From assembly GCF_011745625.1 (NCBI RefSeq), contig NW_027191481.1, positions 124,001 to 188,000 of the forward strand: a DNA stretch of 64,000 nt, in the 5' to 3' direction. Under the pieces are notes generated by a model. That model was not told where the DNA came from and made no database searches. It was given only the letters and a program-made list of their open reading frames with translations. Made by a program: the position numbers and the translations under genes. Shown here piece after piece: positions 35,672 to 47,889 of the stretch (its first letter is position 1; each line of letters opens with the position of its first letter). The stretch comes from Cladosporium halotolerans (Eukaryota).

Positions 35672-37552
35672 ATGAGGGGACGTCACGCCGAGGACTGGAC
35701 CTCCAACAAGACTTCTTTTGGCGAGTCCGACAACAGACTAAGATCTAGGAACTTGGTCCTTGTTCGGAATGCTCTTGTAGGCCTGACAGCCTCTTCAATC
35801 CTCCTTGTCTTATCGTGGCACCTCGTTCTGCCGCTCCTGGTCTACTATTACCCGGCTGCCGAGAGTCTTCTCCTTGACGCTGCGGTTTACGGCGCGTACC
35901 CTTCACGACAATATGTCTCGGCAAATTTCACATCACCACGTGCTAACGTGCTACAATCCGACGATGCGTGCTCCAGTGGCCTGGTGCTATTATCTCTTGA
36001 CGGACAATCAGTTACCGATAGCGGTCCCATAATATTGGACATGGCAGGCAACTTGGTATGGTCAGCACCTGGCCAATACGGTGATGCTTCCGCGAATACG
36101 AAGATCCAGCGCTACGACAACCAGAACTACTTGACTTTTTGGGCGGGCAAGAAATTGCAGGAATCAGGTCTGGGTAGTTATTACATGCTGGACTCTTCAT
36201 ATCGACTGGCGTATGTGATCTCGGCCGTGGGAGAAGGATTGCAGGGCGATCTCCATGAGTTCAAAATTACTGCGGAAGGCACGGCACTCATCACGGTGTA
36301 CGAGAGGAAGCACGTCGATCTTGGAGATACCAACTTGGCGCATTCCGCAGATGAGGACATTGTTGATGCATTGTTCCAAGAAGTTGATATAGCATCTGGA
36401 GAGCTTCTATTTGAGTGGCGGGCGTCCCAACATCTGGGCCATCCTGCTCTTCAGACATCCTCCGGAGGCAGTGTAGCGGACGGTGCGCTGGACTACTTTC
36501 ACATCAACAGCGTTGATAAAGACTCAAGAGGGCATTTTCTAGTATCCATGCGGCACTTGCACACCGTAGTGTGCGTGAACGGCGATACTGGTGAGCTATT
36601 ATGGACACTCGGCGGCGTTGCCAGCGACTTTGAGGATCTATCTATGGGCGGAGCGACAGCATTCCGGTGGCAACATGATGCGCGCTGGGTTTCAGAGACT
36701 GAAGGAATCATCAGCCTGTTCGACAATGGTATCGCACATAAGCATCGGGATGCGCCATACAGTCAGGGAATGATAATCCAACTGAACTTCACAGATTGGA
36801 CGGCGACGCTTCTACAAAGCTACACAGCTCAAACTACGATTGCTTCGCCATCTCAGGGTGACGTCCAGATCTTGGAGCAGCCTCTTCACGCTGACCACGT
36901 GTTCATTGGATGGGGCGCCTCGGCCGCTTTTACAGAACATGCTCTCAATGGCGACCTGTTGTGCGAGATCCATTTTGGCGCATCCTGGCTTTTTTACTTC
37001 GAGCGAGTGAAGTCTTACAGGGCGTTCAAGACTTTGAGTTGGAAGGGCATTCCAGCCGATTGGGACCCCGTGGCGCGTGTAAACGGTGACCGGGCCTTTG
37101 TGTCCTGGAACGGTGCTACGGAAGTCATGTCCTGGTCTCTCGAAGCGCAGCACAACTTGAACAATGACAAGCAGCAGCTGTCAATCAGAGACCAAGACTT
37201 TGGAGAGGTCCGCACAATAACCAAAGGAGCAGACTTTGAGTCGTCTTTCCTGCTCCCATCGATGGACGATCCTATTGTCTATCGAATTGCCGCCCTGGAC
37301 GCCGAAGGTAAGGTCTTACGCTATTCCAATAATTTTGTTTGTGAGCCCGCCACGTTTAGGGTGTGGCTGCTCTCGGCGATTTTGTTCGGGATGTCCCTCC
37401 TGGGAGTGTTGTCTTTCGCATGCCGGCAACGGAGGTGGCCCCGAAGTTTGTGGAGGGAGCATCTGAAAAATGCCACTGATTCGGAGTATCATGCTCTCGT
37501 GGATTGGGAACCTGGCCCAGAGAACACGCGCGAGTGCGAAGATAATACATGA
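35672..37552 (+). CDS. Arylsulfotransferase (ASST)-domain protein with N- and C-terminal TM helices
   Basis: GPIILDMAGNLVW, YLTFWAG, DLHEFKIT, FQEVDIASGELLFEW, DYFHINSVDKD, QHDARW, SLFDNG, SQGDVQ, SYRAFK and SWNGATEV. Confidence 0.9.
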   Translation: MRGRHAEDWTSNKTSFGESDNRLRSRNLVLVRNALVGLTASSILLVLSWHLVLPLLVYYYPAAESLLLDAAVYGAYPSRQYVSANFTSPRANVLQSDDACSSGLVLLSLDGQSVTDSGPIILDMAGNLVWSAPGQYGDASANTKIQRYDNQNYLTFWAGKKLQESGLGSYYMLDSSYRLAYVISAVGEGLQGDLHEFKITAEGTALITVYERKHVDLGDTNLAHSADEDIVDALFQEVDIASGELLFEWRASQHLGHPALQTSSGGSVADGALDYFHINSVDKDSRGHFLVSMRHLHTVVCVNGDTGELLWTLGGVASDFEDLSMGGATAFRWQHDARWVSETEGIISLFDNGIAHKHRDAPYSQGMIIQLNFTDWTATLLQSYTAQTTIASPSQGDVQILEQPLHADHVFIGWGASAAFTEHALNGDLLCEIHFGASWLFYFERVKSYRAFKTLSWKGIPADWDPVARVNGDRAFVSWNGATEVMSWSLEAQHNLNNDKQQLSIRDQDFGEVRTITKGADFESSFLLPSMDDPIVYRIAALDAEGKVLRYSNNFVCEPATFRVWLLSAILFGMSLLGVLSFACRQRRWPRSLWREHLKNATDSEYHALVDWEPGPENTRECEDNT

Positions 37553-37604
37553 CAATCATCCGTACTATGATATGAACTGAATCAATATGTACAGCGCAAC
37601 AAGT

Positions 37605-38603
37605 TCAGTACGCGTTCATGCCCCATTCAACGTCAAAAACGTCTCCCTCGTTGAAAAAATCCACCAAGAAGAAGTTGGGTCTCTTTCCATACATCTCCCG
37701 ACATCTCACCGCGTGTTCTCCCATCTCTCCGACATGAAAACCAGCAGCGTTTGTAGTACCCGCGTAAGAAGCGTTAGGGAATCTAAATCCGAGAAATTTC
37801 GCATAGAGGAAATGGTTCACCAGCGAAAGTCTGTCGGGAATGAAATTACCGGGGAATTGCGGTCGGGCAGGCAAGCATGTATATTGATCTGGGCTCTCGA
37901 TACCAAAATTCGTTTCGAATAGGTAGTCGAACTCTGGCAGGATGAAGGGCACTAGGTCCTCGTCTGCACCCGAGGAGATGAAGGTAACCAGCCGCTTGTT
38001 TGCTGCGACCATTTCAGAAATCAGTGGCCAGTCGCCCGTACGCATGTTGCCGCCTCTCTTGTCGGTAGACGGTCTGTACGACATTACGTCCAAGCCAGCA
38101 TCGAAGAACGCTTTCGCCCAGGACCGCAGCGGCACGCCCGTGTTGACGAACAGCAGCGTGACAACTTCATCCTCGTACCTTCCGAGAAAAGCTTTGACTG
38201 TCGCCAAATGTTCATCCAGACTCCCGCCGTCCATCAGCGCGCAGTTGAAGTGGCACAAATGGATTTCATCGCCACCATCCGGGTTACGATGGCCTTGGGC
38301 TTGTAGTAAGCGAACGCCTGCCGCTAATTGGGTGGAGACATTGAAATACTGGTTTCCGGAAAGGGACCAGTTGTTATCTTTGGTGCGAATGGCAGCGGAG
38401 TCGTGAGTGCCTATGAAGGTCTGCTCGGAATAGCGCTGGTTGTACAGAGACGGGACCGGTTGCCGTGACCCCGGTGGACTGGGTTGGAAATCCGATGGAT
38501 AGAGAAAAGGTCTCGAGGTATCATGGTTGCTGCAGAATGCCCACTGAGCTTGAAGGATACACCACGATAGTATGTAAGACGCGACCCGCATGCTTGGGTG
38601 CAT
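37605..38603 (-). CDS. Secreted PLC-like phosphodiesterase (PI-PLC X-domain-like)
   Basis: FIGTHDS, NQYFNVSTQLAAGVRLLQAQGH, IHLCHF, VVTLLFVN, LVNHFL and RPNFFLVDFF. Signal-like N-terminus; start is at 38603 or 38591. Confidence 0.88.
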   Translation of the reverse strand: MHPSMRVASYILSWCILQAQWAFCSNHDTSRPFLYPSDFQPSPPGSRQPVPSLYNQRYSEQTFIGTHDSAAIRTKDNNWSLSGNQYFNVSTQLAAGVRLLQAQGHRNPDGGDEIHLCHFNCALMDGGSLDEHLATVKAFLGRYEDEVVTLLFVNTGVPLRSWAKAFFDAGLDVMSYRPSTDKRGGNMRTGDWPLISEMVAANKRLVTFISSGADEDLVPFILPEFDYLFETNFGIESPDQYTCLPARPQFPGNFIPDRLSLVNHFLYAKFLGFRFPNASYAGTTNAAGFHVGEMGEHAVRCREMYGKRPNFFLVDFFNEGDVFDVEWGMNAY

Positions 38604-38896
38604 GAAAGATGCTCGTTCACCGAGCTCTGAAGAGGTGCACTTCCCCGCTTTGGTCGATCGACAGGAACATCCTGTCTCGGCACTCCAGCAGTGTGCTCCC
38701 AAAAGTCACAAACACACATTGCCCTTATGTAGTTGAGATCCCACTGATTTTCAACACCGAACCGACTGATCAGACTATATGTAACATCGATAAAACGTAC
38801 GGAATTACGAAAAGCCCGGGTATCGACATTTTGTGCACCGCGCACCCCACCCTATCCAACCAAGAACGCCAATGCCGAGGAAACAATTGCGATGGA

Positions 38897-41800
38897 TCAA
38901 GCAGCGGCCTCAACAACCTTGCAACCTTCGCCGACCATCTTCGTGATATCTTCGTTCTTGTGCGGCAGCAGACCAAGGGCGTAAGCGACGTCGTTCCACT
39001 GTCTCTCGCTCTCGGCCCTGGCCAATCTGGGAGCCAACTTGCTGGCCAATTGTTTGGCGTGCTTGTCCTGCAGAAACGGTTAGTTTTCCGACTTGGGATC
39101 TTGGAATTGAAGTCACAGCTTACCTTCTCGATGAAAGAAGCGAGGAACTTGATGATCCGCTTGAAGCGATCTTCATCCAAAGCCTCATCTGCGGACAGCA
39201 GACTGAACATGTCGACGAAGTGATTGTACACAGCATTGTCTTTGCCCGCAAGCTCCGCGAAGAACATGCGGCTCATCTCGCGGATCTTGTCATCGTCGTC
39301 CTCAACACACTTCGCCATCTCGCCCAGCTGGCCCTTGACCTTGACCTGTCCGGCCAGAATCAGGAATGTTAGAGTCATCAAGCACGTACGCTTGACTTGC
39401 AGACTTTGGTCGCTGAGACGAGTGTAGAGGAAGTCGGTGTTCTCGTCGATGAGGTGGTTGAAGCAGACCGCCATGTCGCCAAGCGCTACAACAAGGTTGC
39501 TACGAGTGTTGGCGTAGGGCGAGCGCTCCATGATGGTGATGAGAAGGCCAAGGTTCGACTCGCAGTATTCGGAGCTAACACACATGAGCTTCGCCATGCA
39601 CAGCGCGGCTTGTGCCTGAAGTTCTGCGTTGGGGTAGGATGTGTTGTTGCTGCAGATTTCCTTTACAAGGGGCCCAAAGTTGGTGAGGAGCGACGTCTGA
39701 CCGTAGAGAAGCTCGCGCTCACGGATGTGTGCAATAGCGTCTGTGAAGTCATCTTCTGTAGTGCCACCGATAAGGTCCATTTCGTCTTTCTCCTCTTCAG
39801 GCTCTGGCTTCTGGCCCTTCTTACCACCAGCTTTGCCGCCGGACTGGTCAGAAGATGAAGCTGCGCCAGCCTTCTCTTTCTCAGCCTTTCGGCGCTTGAA
39901 GTCTTGCTCGATTAGCTCGAGGTGGACGATCTGCTTCAGAGCAACGTGCCCGACGACGAAAAGCAGCTGTGACAGTGCAAGTGCTGACTGGCCGTTTTCG
40001 TCAATGGCTGGATCCTCAGGCTGCTCGACGTCGTCTTCTGGCTCAGGTGGAGGACTCGGGAGGTCGCTCATCTCCACATCACCATCCACGTCCATCTGAC
40101 TATCATCGCCTTCCGCTTGCTGCTTCTGCTGAGCGTCCTCCGGAGCTGCCTTCGCCTGGGGAGTGAAAACGAATTTGGTCTTGCGCCTGATCACGCCAGA
40201 GCACAGGACGTCCGGGTGCTTGCTGAGAGCGTAGATTGCACCCACAACCTGCTCAGCAAGACCATACCAGTCTTTGCTGTCACTCTCGAGATCGATCAAG
40301 GCTGCAAGGCGAACGAGCACAGCGTGATCATTGGGCAGTCTCATGCTTGGCTTGCCTTCAGTTCCCTTGGTAGGCTTGTTATTGGTCATGCGCATCAGCG
40401 CAATGCAAGTGTATCGCGCAAGCACGAGATCCTTGCGACCAATCGCACCGAGACCGATCCTGAGGCAAGTTTCCATCTCCTTGACGACAATGTCGGGATC
40501 GGCGAGGGCCAGCATGCCTAGGATGATGATGGCACCCCGGCGTTGCTGCCTCGAAATCGCTCTCTTCTGCACACCGTAAACCTGCCACAGCTTGTCAATC
40601 ACGAGAGCGTTGATGGCTTTCTCTTTCATCATGGTCGCCAGGAGCTGCTCCAGACTCGTCAATTCTGCAGGAGAAGCACCAAAAGTCAGACTGATCATGT
40701 TGCGAGCCACGTAATTGGCAGCATCGTTGGCGCTGAAGTTGTCCGGCGCATGGAAGAAAAGCCCCTTGTAGCATTCGATCAGGTGGTTTTGCACACCCTT
40801 GCCTTCATCTGAATTGCCTTTCGTCCAGATCAGGCGAAGCATACGGCGGATGCCCGACTTGGCTGTCTCGATGTTGTAGGCGTCTGCCACTACCAAGAAA
40901 TCCATCGCCTCGATGACTTCGCTCTTATTCTTGGAGGCAAGCAGTTGATTGACGTGCGGCCCAGCCTCGTGGAGAGTATCAATGAATTTCATCGCCTCAA
41001 CGTAGTATCGGCGAGTGAGCTGCAATTTGTTGAGTGCTTCAGCAGTTGCAGCGTCTTCCTGTGCTTTTTGGAACGCAGCCATTTGTTGCTCTTCGGTCAT
41101 GGGCGGTTTTTCCTCAGGCATTTGAGTAGCATCATCCAAAAGTGACTCGTCAACGGTCTTCTCGCCTTCGGCTTGCTCAGCTAGTCCAGTCTCCGCTGGA
41201 GGCTTGATTGCATCCAGCTCTGCCTCGCATGCCTCCAAACGTTGGTGCCACTCTGAGTAGTTAAGCAGGCCACCGTGCATAACAGCAAACGGGTGAGTGC
41301 TAACCAAACGGCTGAGAAGCTTCAACGCATTGCGTCTCACGTTGCTGCTCTTGTCCTCCAAGCTCCGAGTTGCCAAGTCTGCAGCGGTCTGCCTGCGCTT
41401 AGGGTACTTTGTTTCAAGATCGCACAGCTTGGTGTAGACTTGAAGAGCACGACATCTGCAGTAAGGGTTCACGTCCAGGAAGCGCTCCTCCAACACATCG
41501 AAAAACGCGTTGATCTGGCCTTTGTGGTTCTCCGTGCGGTCTCCCTCCTCCATCCTGCTAAGCATGGCGATCAGGTTTCCGCATACTTCGATGATTGCGC
41601 AGCGGAGGGTGTAGTTTTCGCTCTCGAGCAATTTTGCAAGATAGGTAACCTGCTTCTGCACAACCCTCGGGGCGAGCTCACTGAGTCGTGCGATGAAAGT
41701 TGAGACAGATTTCGGTCCCTTGGTGTCATTTGCCGCAAACTCCTTGTTCGACAGCTCTTTCATGACCTCTTCGGCTAACTGTGCGTAGTCGTATTGTTCG

Positions 41801-42708
41801 GCCAAGATGTTGAGGAACTCGGCCATCGGTTCAGCCAAATGTTCGAAGTAGGTGAGATTCTGCATGACGCTCGTCTGTGCGCCATACGCATGTCCGTGGT
41901 GCTTGACGGCCACACACAGGACCTTGAATACGTGCATACGGATAGTCGTGTTCTTGACTCTTGCTTCGTTCTCCAGTAACAGGTAGACTGGTCTTGTGAA
42001 GAGGCTGATGAATGTGTCCCTCTCACTCGTCGTCACAAAGATCTTGGCCAGCTTCAGCTTCATGACCTTTGCCATAGTCTCCATTGCTATTTGTAGCTGA
42101 ATTGAGGGATCCCAGCTGCCATCTTTCTGCGCCGCCTTGCTTTTTGGGCCCTTCTTTCCACGTGCTGCGGCTGCGGAGACCGGTTTCTCTAGGCTTTTTG
42201 TCTCTGCAGCTGAGATGCACCATTGCAGCAAGAATGCAAAGGTCTCCAGTACTTGCTTGTGGTGGGCCGTTTCGGTCTCACCATCTTGTTCTTCGTGGTG
42301 AATGGTCTCGGCCTCGGCACCAAGTCCAGAGAGAATCAGCTCGAGGAGTTTGCTGAGAGATGTCGCTGGTATAAATGATGTTTGCCTAGAGCGCGAGAAG
42401 AGCTCGCAATCAGTATGGGGTTTTTTGGACAGCGGCCCGGGTTGCTGGTCGGAGGGAATGGTGGGCGCGCACTTGAGGAGGAACTGCAGACTGTCAAGGA
42501 TCCCAGGCTGGAGCACAGCTTCTGGATTCTCTCCCACAGCTTCCGCTATCGGGTTCAGGACACTATTCACCAAGCCTGGCGTGAAAGCATCAGGATCATT
42601 TTCGCAGTCGAGCAGCGCAGGGTCGGCTTGCGGAGACGGGATGGACTGCGGGTCGTCGAGGTATGCCTTAAGCGCAGCGTTCACGTCGAAATCGTCGGAG
42701 TCGCCCAT
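38897..42708 (-). CDS. YCS4: Condensin complex HEAT subunit Cnd1/Ycs4 (CAP-D2)
   Basis: LEERFLDVNPYCRCRALQ, SLEDKSSNVRRNA, RSNLVVALGDMAVCFN and CLMTLTFLILAGQVKVKG. An intron at about 39069-39123 gives the C-terminus DKHAKQLA...VVEAAA*. Probable in-frame intron at 42386-42472. Confidence 0.95.
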
Positions 42709-42989
42709 GATGGCGTGTGTGGTGCGCAAGAGTGCGCGCTGGTGCGACGGCGATGTCGTCCGTGTTGGCGTCAACCTGGCGTCGCAGCGTTTGTTTACAA
42801 TTTGCCTAGGCGGGTTGCTTGTTGTGGTTGCGGCTGCCCCGCGTCGGGCTGGAGCGCGCACGCGCTTTGCTTTGCTTTGCGGGCATGCAACCATTCACGC
42901 AAGCTGCAGCCAACACCGCTCTTTCTACCGTACGACACTTGGCCCGCCACTGACTGCAGGTGAGGACAGGGTCTTGGTCGGTACACAGC
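42709..42989. promoter_or_regulatory. Bidirectional promoter shared by Cnd1/Ycs4 and Cdc7
   Basis: About 280 bp between the divergent ATGs. Forkhead consensus TTGTTTAC at 42791-42798 and MCB-like CGCG cores at about 42840 and 42855-42864. Confidence 0.55.
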
Positions 42990-44363
42990 ATGGCTACGGC
43001 ACTCAGAAGATCAAGGGAACCTATGGCTCTTGACGACCCACAGCGGACGGGCTACGGTGACAGCACAGAAGACGAAGAGCCGCAGGACATGGACGAGAGC
43101 AAGGGTCCGCTTGAGGAGAGTGGATGTACCATCTCGGAAGACGGCGAGGAAGAAGAAGAGGTCGACGACATGGTGCTTGAGGATATGGAGCGGTTTGAGG
43201 CCAGCTTCAAAAACATCACTCAGCGGTACCGTCTGATCAACCGCATCGGGGAGGGCACGTTTTCCACCGTCTACAAAGCCGAGGATCTTCTCTACGAGCA
43301 CTACAAGAACGACTGGGACATCGATGCAATGGAGGAGGAGGCCAATGGCAAGACCAATGGCAAACCTAAACCCCGATACGTCGCCATTAAGAAAATTTAT
43401 GTCACCTCGTCGCCGCTACGCATTTTGAACGAGCTCGACCTGTTACACGACTTGCGAAACTCGCCCAACGTGTGTCCTCTGATCACTTCGTTCCGGTATC
43501 AGGATCAGGTCATTGCAGTGTTACCCTTCTTCCAGCACAAGGACTTCCGAGATTACTATCGAGATATGTCGATCCCCGAAATGCGGACATACTTCCACAG
43601 CCTTTTCACTGCACTTCAGTCTGTCCACTATGCGGGGATCATCCACCGTGATATCAAGCCAACCAACTTCCTGTATTCACCAGCACGTCAGCGCGGCGTG
43701 CTCGTGGACTTCGGTCTTGCCGAACGCGAGTTCACCGACGCCAGCCAATGTGCTTGTGAATTCAAACCCGCGGAGCGACAAAAGCGTATCGACAACTCGG
43801 TTTACGCATCGACGTTCGCCGCAGCACAGGCGAATGGACAGCAACCAAGACCGGCGTATCCAGCAAACGACCAGCGTTCTTCGCGCCGTGCGAACAGGGC
43901 CGGAACGCGCGGTTTCCGCGCTCCAGAGGTCCTTCTGAAATGCACGCGGCAGTCATGCTTGATCGATATCTGGAGCTGTGGTGTCATCCTTTTGACATTC
44001 CTCAGCAAGCGTTTCCCATTCTTTCACTCGGCCGACGACATTGACGCGTTTATCGAATTGTGCACCATCTTTGGCAAGAAGCGAATGAAGGAAACCGCGC
44101 TTTTGCATGGCCAAGTGCTGCAGACCAACATCCCGACCATTGGCGACTCCGGTCATACCTGGGAGAAGGTTCTCTTGTGGTGCACGGGCAGGAACAAAAA
44201 GGATGGCGTTGTTCTGAGCAAAGAGGAATTGGAGGCTGTTGAGTTCATGAAATGTTGCCTCGAACTTGACCCTGCGAAGCGCATCACGGCTGATGAGGCG
44301 CTGCAGCATCCATTCCTGGCAGCTGCTAATGGCACGGAATACAGCGATGGGTCTTACGAATGA
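42990..44363 (+). CDS. CDC7: Cdc7/Hsk1 (DDK catalytic) protein kinase
   Basis: IGEGTFSTVYKA, VAIKKIYVTSSP, HRDIKPTNFL, LVDFGLAE and RANRAGTRGFRAPEVL, with the Cdc7-type kinase inserts. Confidence 0.96.
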   Translation: MATALRRSREPMALDDPQRTGYGDSTEDEEPQDMDESKGPLEESGCTISEDGEEEEEVDDMVLEDMERFEASFKNITQRYRLINRIGEGTFSTVYKAEDLLYEHYKNDWDIDAMEEEANGKTNGKPKPRYVAIKKIYVTSSPLRILNELDLLHDLRNSPNVCPLITSFRYQDQVIAVLPFFQHKDFRDYYRDMSIPEMRTYFHSLFTALQSVHYAGIIHRDIKPTNFLYSPARQRGVLVDFGLAEREFTDASQCACEFKPAERQKRIDNSVYASTFAAAQANGQQPRPAYPANDQRSSRRANRAGTRGFRAPEVLLKCTRQSCLIDIWSCGVILLTFLSKRFPFFHSADDIDAFIELCTIFGKKRMKETALLHGQVLQTNIPTIGDSGHTWEKVLLWCTGRNKKDGVVLSKEELEAVEFMKCCLELDPAKRITADEALQHPFLAAANGTEYSDGSYE

Positions 44364-44970
44364 TGAGCGCATTTTTCACATGGACATTGGCGTTTTGACA
44401 GGGGAGGAAGCATCTGCTTGCGCTCGAGGAGAGCATGGATTGCAGCAGCATCGGCGGTGGAGTTTGATGTTATCGAGATACCCATTTATATAGCTTCACA
44501 GACATAGGTCATGCCACACGATGTCCGTTTCGGATCTCACCAGTCGCCGCCTATATTTCGAAGCACGTATTGATGCCTCAGGCGAGTGTGGGGAAGCCAA
44601 ACACCAGGCAAGCTGTTCACTCACCGACCAGCGGCAACGATAGATTGGAAGTGTGCCCTCCTGATTAGTTGGCCTGCAATCGGTTTAGGCTCGCGCTTTC
44701 CGTTGCTCTAACATTTTCTTCCTTTCACACGTCGGAACGAGTCTTGGTGGACAGCTTGCCGTTTTGCGTAGCGGTCAATTAAACCCCCGTTCTCGCCAAC
44801 ACCTCCCACCGAACGTTCGTCCCACATCAAGCGCGCATTGACACTCCGAGGCCTCCTACATACCACGACACCTCCGCACCTTCTCCTCCTCGAAACCGGA
44901 AATACCGCCTCCACTACAGCTTGGCCGTCGATCTTCTCTCAGGCTATACGCGTAGGATCATAGCCCGGCG

Positions 44971-47889
44971 ATGGCCAACCCCTACCAAGAAGGCCAGCAA
45001 TATGGCCAGCAAGAGCAGGACGGCGCATACCAGCAACCGGCTGCCAATCCAGCGCCGGCAGCTGGTGGCAAGAAGAAGAGAGCATACGCTGGCCAGGCAT
45101 TTGATTTTGGATCAGGCGCAAACGCAGGTCTGGCCGCGGCACCTCAGGGCGGTCAACCGCCTGCCGCAGGCGCATTCGGGTACCCTGGCCAGCCGCAACA
45201 GCAACAGCCTGCGTATGGTATGCCCCAACAACCAGCATATGGCCAGCCCGGCTACGTGGATCCCGCCGCACAACAGCAAGCCGCAGCGTACGGCCAGCCT
45301 GCTTATGGCCAGCCGGCTGGGTACGAGCCTCCTCAAGCTGGATACCCTCAGCAACCCACTCCTGGCGTCCAAGGTGTCACCCAGCAGTTTGCGCAGATGG
45401 GTATGGGTGGACAGGCAGCAGCGCAGCCTCAGCAGGTCCCTCAGGCTGCTCAGAGACTCAACCCGTTGATCCCGACGGACATCAGCATGCAAGGCCAACC
45501 TTTCCATGTGGCCGATCTAGATCAGCCTCCTCCTCCCATCATCCTCCCACCTAACGTATGTACCTGATCGAGGATGTCAACGGGTGAAGCTAACGTGAAA
45601 GTCAGAGCTCGGTCACGCCCTCTCCTCATGCGAACTGCCCGCCTAAATACGTCCGATCCACGCTTAACGCGATGCCCACGACCTCTTCCCTCCTAAAGAA
45701 GAGCAAGCTTCCGTTCGCGCTTATCATCCAGCCTTACGCAACTCTCCACGATGCGGAAGATGACGTTCCCGTGCAATATGATCAGGTCATTGCCAGATGC
45801 AGGAGATGTCGGACATACATCAACCCGTTCGCCAGCTTTTTGGACCACTCCCACAGATGGCGCTGCAACATGTGTAACTTGACCAACGATGTTCCGCAAA
45901 GCTTCGACTGGGATAGCGCAAAACAGCAGTCCGTGGATAGGTGGCAGCGCCCTGAGCTGAACTATTCCGTGAGCGAATTCGTTGCGCCGCAGGAGTACAT
46001 GGTTCGCGCTCCCCAGCCATTAATCTACCTTTTCCTCTTCGATGTCAGCTACGCTGGTGTGACGAGTGGTCTCCTGGCCACTGCCGCTAGGTGCATTCTC
46101 GAGAGCCTGGACAGGATACCGAACACCGACCGCAGGACTAGACTTGGATTCATGGCCGTCGACAGCTCGCTGCACTACTTCAGCATACCCCGTGACGGCA
46201 GTGAGAACAGCGACCCCAAGATGCTGGTTGTCAGCGACTTGGAGGAGCCTTTCCTGCCTACCCCTGAAGATCTTCTGGTCAACCTCACCGAATGCCGCGC
46301 CAACATCGAGAACTTCCTCGGCAAATTGCAGGGCATGTTTGCCAGTACACAAGACAATGGCTCTGCGATGGGATCTGCTCTCAGGGCTGGACACAAGCTT
46401 ATCAGCCATGTCGGCGGTAAGGTTGTATGCTTGTCTGCCAGCTTGCCCAATGTCGGACACGGAAAGCTTGATATGCGCGAAGATAAGAAATTGCTCGGCA
46501 CTTCTAAGGAGAACTCATTGTTGCAGACCCAGAACAGCTTCTACAAGAGCTTTGCGGTTGAATGCAGTAAGACTCAGGTGTCGATTGATATGTTCCTGTT
46601 CAGCGCACAGTACCAGGATGTGGCAAGCTTGAGCAACCTGCCTAGATACACTGGTGGCCAGACATATTTCTATCCTGCTTGGAACGCCGCTCGGACAGAG
46701 GATGCCATCAAGTTTGCGACAGAGTTCAGCGACTACCTGTCTTCCGAGATTGGGCTGGAGGCTGTGCTTCGTGTCCGTACCACGACTGGTCTGCGTCCTA
46801 GCGCCTTCTACGGAAACTTCTTCAACCGATCAAGCGACCTCTGCGCTTTCCCCGCCATGCCCCGTGACCAGGCGTACGTTGTTGAGATCGCGATCGACGA
46901 GAGCGTCACCAAGGCTTTCGCATGCCTGCAGGTCGGTGTGCTGCACACGACTTGCAACGGCGAGCGTAGGATTCGTGTTCTGACACTGAGCATTCCCACT
47001 ACGCAGAATCTGGCTGAGGTCTACGCGAGCGCGGATCAGCAGGCCATTACCCACTACTTCTCGCACAAGGCCGTTGAGCGTGCTTTGAGCTCTGGTTTGG
47101 ACGCTGCTAGAGATGCGGTCCAGGCCAAGATCATTGAGCTGTTGCAGACGTACAAGAAGGAGCTTGGCGGTGGAAACATGGGTGGCGGTGGTCTGCAATT
47201 CCCTGCAAACCTGCGTGCGCTCCCCATGCTGTTCCTTGGTTTGATGAAAAACGTAAGATTCTATGATTTCTTTTTCATTGTCAACGGTATACTGACACAC
47301 CCTCCAGCTTGGCCTCCGCAAATCCGCCCAAATCCCCACCGACCTCCGCTCCGCAGCTCTCTGCCTGCTTTCGACCCTCCCTCTCCCTCTCCTGATGCAG
47401 TACATCTACCCCCGCATGTACTCCCTCCACGATATGCCCGACGACGCCGGCCTCCCCGACTCCCAAACCGGCGCAATCGTCATGCCTCCGCCCCTCAACC
47501 TCTCCTCCGGCAACCTCGTCCCCTACGGTCTGTATCTGATCGACGACGGCCAGACACAGTTCCTGTGGCTCGGCCGCGACGCCGTCCCGGCCCTCATCGC
47601 CGACGTCTTCGGCACCGAGGACAAGAACCAGCTCAAGCAGGGCAAGACCACCCTGCCCGTCATCGACAGCGAGATGAACGAGCGCGTGCGCGCCGTGGTC
47701 GAGAAGAGCCGCGATCACCGCGGCAAGGGCTGCGGCTCCATCGTCGTGCCACCGCTCTACCTCATTCGCGAGGATGGCGAGCCCAGCCTGCGCCTCTGGG
47801 CCCAGACGCTGCTTGTCGAGGACCGTGCCGACCAGGGCGTCAGCGGCGCGCAGTTTATCGGCATGCTGAGGGAGAAGGTCATTTCGTAA
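44971..47889 (+). CDS. SEC24: COPII coat subunit Sec24, 3 exons
   Basis: Q/P/G-rich N-terminus, zinc finger [12 protein letters not shown]...WRCNMC, trunk [15 protein letters not shown] and a gelsolin-like end. Introns 45556-45605 and about 47252-47308. Confidence 0.96.

Noticed and set aside
15195..38603. Secondary-metabolite gene cluster (MFS, ABC, TF, SDR, amidohydrolase, sulfotransferase)
   Set aside because: No backbone enzyme (PKS, NRPS, terpene synthase or DMATS) is present in the window, and the genes are functionally mixed.
42709..42989. N-terminal extensions of Cnd1 (to 42894) and Cdc7 (from GTG 42960) in the ORF track
   Set aside because: Non-ATG or low-complexity extensions running through the shared promoter. 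The downstream ATGs fit better.
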